From assembly GCA_002633005.1 (NCBI GenBank), contig NMRA01000001.1:2897695-2961694 (forward strand): DNA of 64,000 bases, given 5' to 3'. The stretch is from Phoronis australis (lineage: Eukaryota; Animalia; Phoronida). Shown here piece after piece: positions 61,641-64,000 of the stretch (the first letter of the stretch is position 1; every line of letters begins with the position of its first letter). Below the pieces are notes generated by a model that had not been told where the DNA came from, ran no database searches, and saw only the letters and a program-made list of their open reading frames with translations. The translations under genes were made by a program, and so were the position numbers.

Positions 61641-63817
61641 GTTCCGCGCAAGAAGGGCATTTAGGCCACCTACCGCTATAAAATTGATCTCAACTTGTTC
61701 CTTGCGATTTCTGGGTTATTAAAGAATTGATTCTTCGTTATTCTCCGTTGAGTCTAAGCACGGTCAGTGCATAAAATGACACGCCGTGACAATTTAATTT
61801 GTGGAGCTTAGTGTCGAGCGTTATCGAAATGCCAGTTCTTTCAAAGCTCTTAATAACTTTAAGACTAAGGAACAGTTTGAGAACAATTTCACATATTTAA
61901 TTCATTCGTCTTTCTTACGCTTTGAAAAACGTTATTCGTTGCTTAATTTGAATATATTGGATTTGTGTTCATTTATTCACATGCTAATTTCGTGCATGAT
62001 GTAACAAAAATGTTGTAAAAATGACTCAGATCAAAGGCGCTTGATACTTGGAGCACAGAGTTAGGATATATGTTTTGCAGAACGACGAATCAAAGAATTA
62101 CTCAAGCTGTTGAAACATATTCAGTGATTAAAGATTCTTTGCTCTCCAACAACTAACGCAATGCGTTTCGTGATTCCACTAATTGTTTTTTGCGTGTGTG
62201 TGTATGTATATATAAGGGGTGTCTTAGTTCAAGGATAGGCGATTAAATTAGTAGGACTGAGCTTTTCAAACGAGTCAAACATTTAAGCACCTGCATTTGA
62301 GCTCTCAATTTCTACTTTTCAAGAAGCTTCACCCATACAAGCACAAAAGCAGACTCGATCACATATGGCGCAAGGTTTTACTTCATTACAACAATTAATC
62401 GGATTCTGTATTAATCATAAACATAATTTAACTTTGTGGGAAAACGCACATTGCGTTAAACAGCTTTGGCGTTGATGGACTTCCTTAAATAATTACGTTT
62501 GTATTGAAATCAATAAATCTTGGTACTGGAACGCTGAAGGTTTAATTGATCCGTAAGCGGCAGTTAGTATTAAAAGGTCTTGAAACTGCAGTTAGTGATC
62601 ATCTGTGAACCATTCTTTGATTACTAATACACTCACTCTGGTCTTGGTGTCCATTAACCTTTGAACGCTTAGGTAGTCTTCGTCGTTATGTTCAGTGCAC
62701 TCTAGTTTCACTAAACGTGATGCGGAAGACATGCCAGCTTTTCCATAACAACGATTTTCGTAATGAGACTTATTGGAATATTCGAAAGAAATGTGTCGTT
62801 TGCATGTAATTCAGATGAGTCGTCGAGCATTTTGTTATCAATCTTAAGCGAAACAATTAAAGCGATACGAAAGCCACTGAGCACCAACTACTATCTCCAT
62901 CTAGTGTTCATTCTTAGAAGCAGTAGCTCCATATAGTGATAGTGCTGTGCGTGAACTTGGAATTGAATATTTATTCGGTGAAAAGAATTTTTTGTAATTA
63001 TTGGCCTCGCGATCAACCATTTTCTCCTTTACCATAACTTGTGTCGCTGAACCGGAGAAATATGTGAATGGCTAAATCGATTACTGTTTGGTGAAACTGA
63101 TCCCCCGTAGTTGAAAAGGTTGGTTAAAATTGACGTTATTTTATTCAAATGTAACTTGATTTAGTGCAGTGCAAATTTTTATGAATATGAACGTGATTAT
63201 TTGAGTGAACTTGTCAAGTTGCCTCGCGTATTCAAAGTTCACGCAACACTCACTTCCGCTTAATCTTGAGATTTAAGCAGGATTCCAAGTTCACGTACAG
63301 CAATAGGTCACAGAACCAGCCTCAGTTTTCGCTTTCGACATTTATTTTGCCTTGACGCATGCATTTGGAATCAAAAGTTGCCGAATGTGTGTGGACTGGT
63401 GCTGCCGGAGTCTCGGTATTTGGAGACCTTTTAAACCCAATTTAAATATTTTTACACTTCAATTAACATGTAAAAGATATTTTTGAGAAAAAAAAAACAT
63501 TTTAGTACAATTAAATTCTAAAATGATATCATCGGCGACAATGAAACCTCAAAGCTGAACAGAATTACACGAATTTATCTCATCCAACACTTTAACAGTT
63601 GTTCGGAGCATCTCGTAAAAAATTCAGCAGCCCAGCGCTCGATTTCGTTCCTAAATGATTATTCTGGAGAGGGCGCTCCTCTGAGCCGGCTTCGTTCAGC
63701 ACTACATAGTATCAGCGTCAGCCATTTTTACGGCGTCCAGGAACGAAACAACAGAGGCCACCAGTTCAATTTCTGTAAGGTTTGACTTGAAACCTTTGTC
63801 ACAAAAACAATATACCT

Positions 63818-64000
63818 CAGAGGCGGATCTGCAGGGGGGTTCAACCCCGACCCTCGGGACAAGATCAAAAATAAAATTTGAAGAAAACATCGCCAGAAAA
63901 ACCAAATCAACTACTAAAAACCACAAAAAAAATCTCGCTACGCGCCTCGGATTCGCTCGAATCCTAAACCCCCCCCCCTCTACTGAAAACGTAGATCTGC
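63818..64000. mobile_element. cagaggcggatct-type MITE truncated by window end
   Basis: Starts cagaggcggatctgc, window ends gtagatctgc (start of the inverted end). Confidence 0.55.

Overview
Eukaryotic (metazoan, invertebrate-like, AT-rich) genomic scaffold with spliceosomal introns, one long N gap and two single-N joins flanked by duplicated sequence. The short ORFs in the track are mostly exon fragments or noise. By reading GT/AG sites and phases by hand I assembled seven protein-coding genes: (1) a 5'-incomplete LRRC74-like leucine-rich-repeat plus EF-hand protein (+, 10 exons, one GC-AG intron); (2) a convergent, very basic Arg/Lys/His/Ser-rich protein (-, probably 2 exons, perfect CRE upstream); (3) a secreted protein with Cys-motif, coiled coil, MAM and C-type lectin domains (-, 7 exons, about 575 aa); (4) an unrecognised single-pass membrane protein with several convertase-type sites, whose last-exon splice acceptor is tandemly amplified into 12 AG|GT units; (5, 7) two Reeler-domain paralogues with predicted GPI tails, bracketing (6) a LAMP-family glycoprotein gene (-). 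Introns and intergenic DNA contain many MITE-like elements (some nested, some with 5-bp TSDs), a Penelope-like GIY-YIG remnant, a probable tRNA-derived SINE and minisatellites. All gene models are manual predictions without transcript evidence. The most unusual feature is the splice-acceptor minisatellite at 35126-35346.
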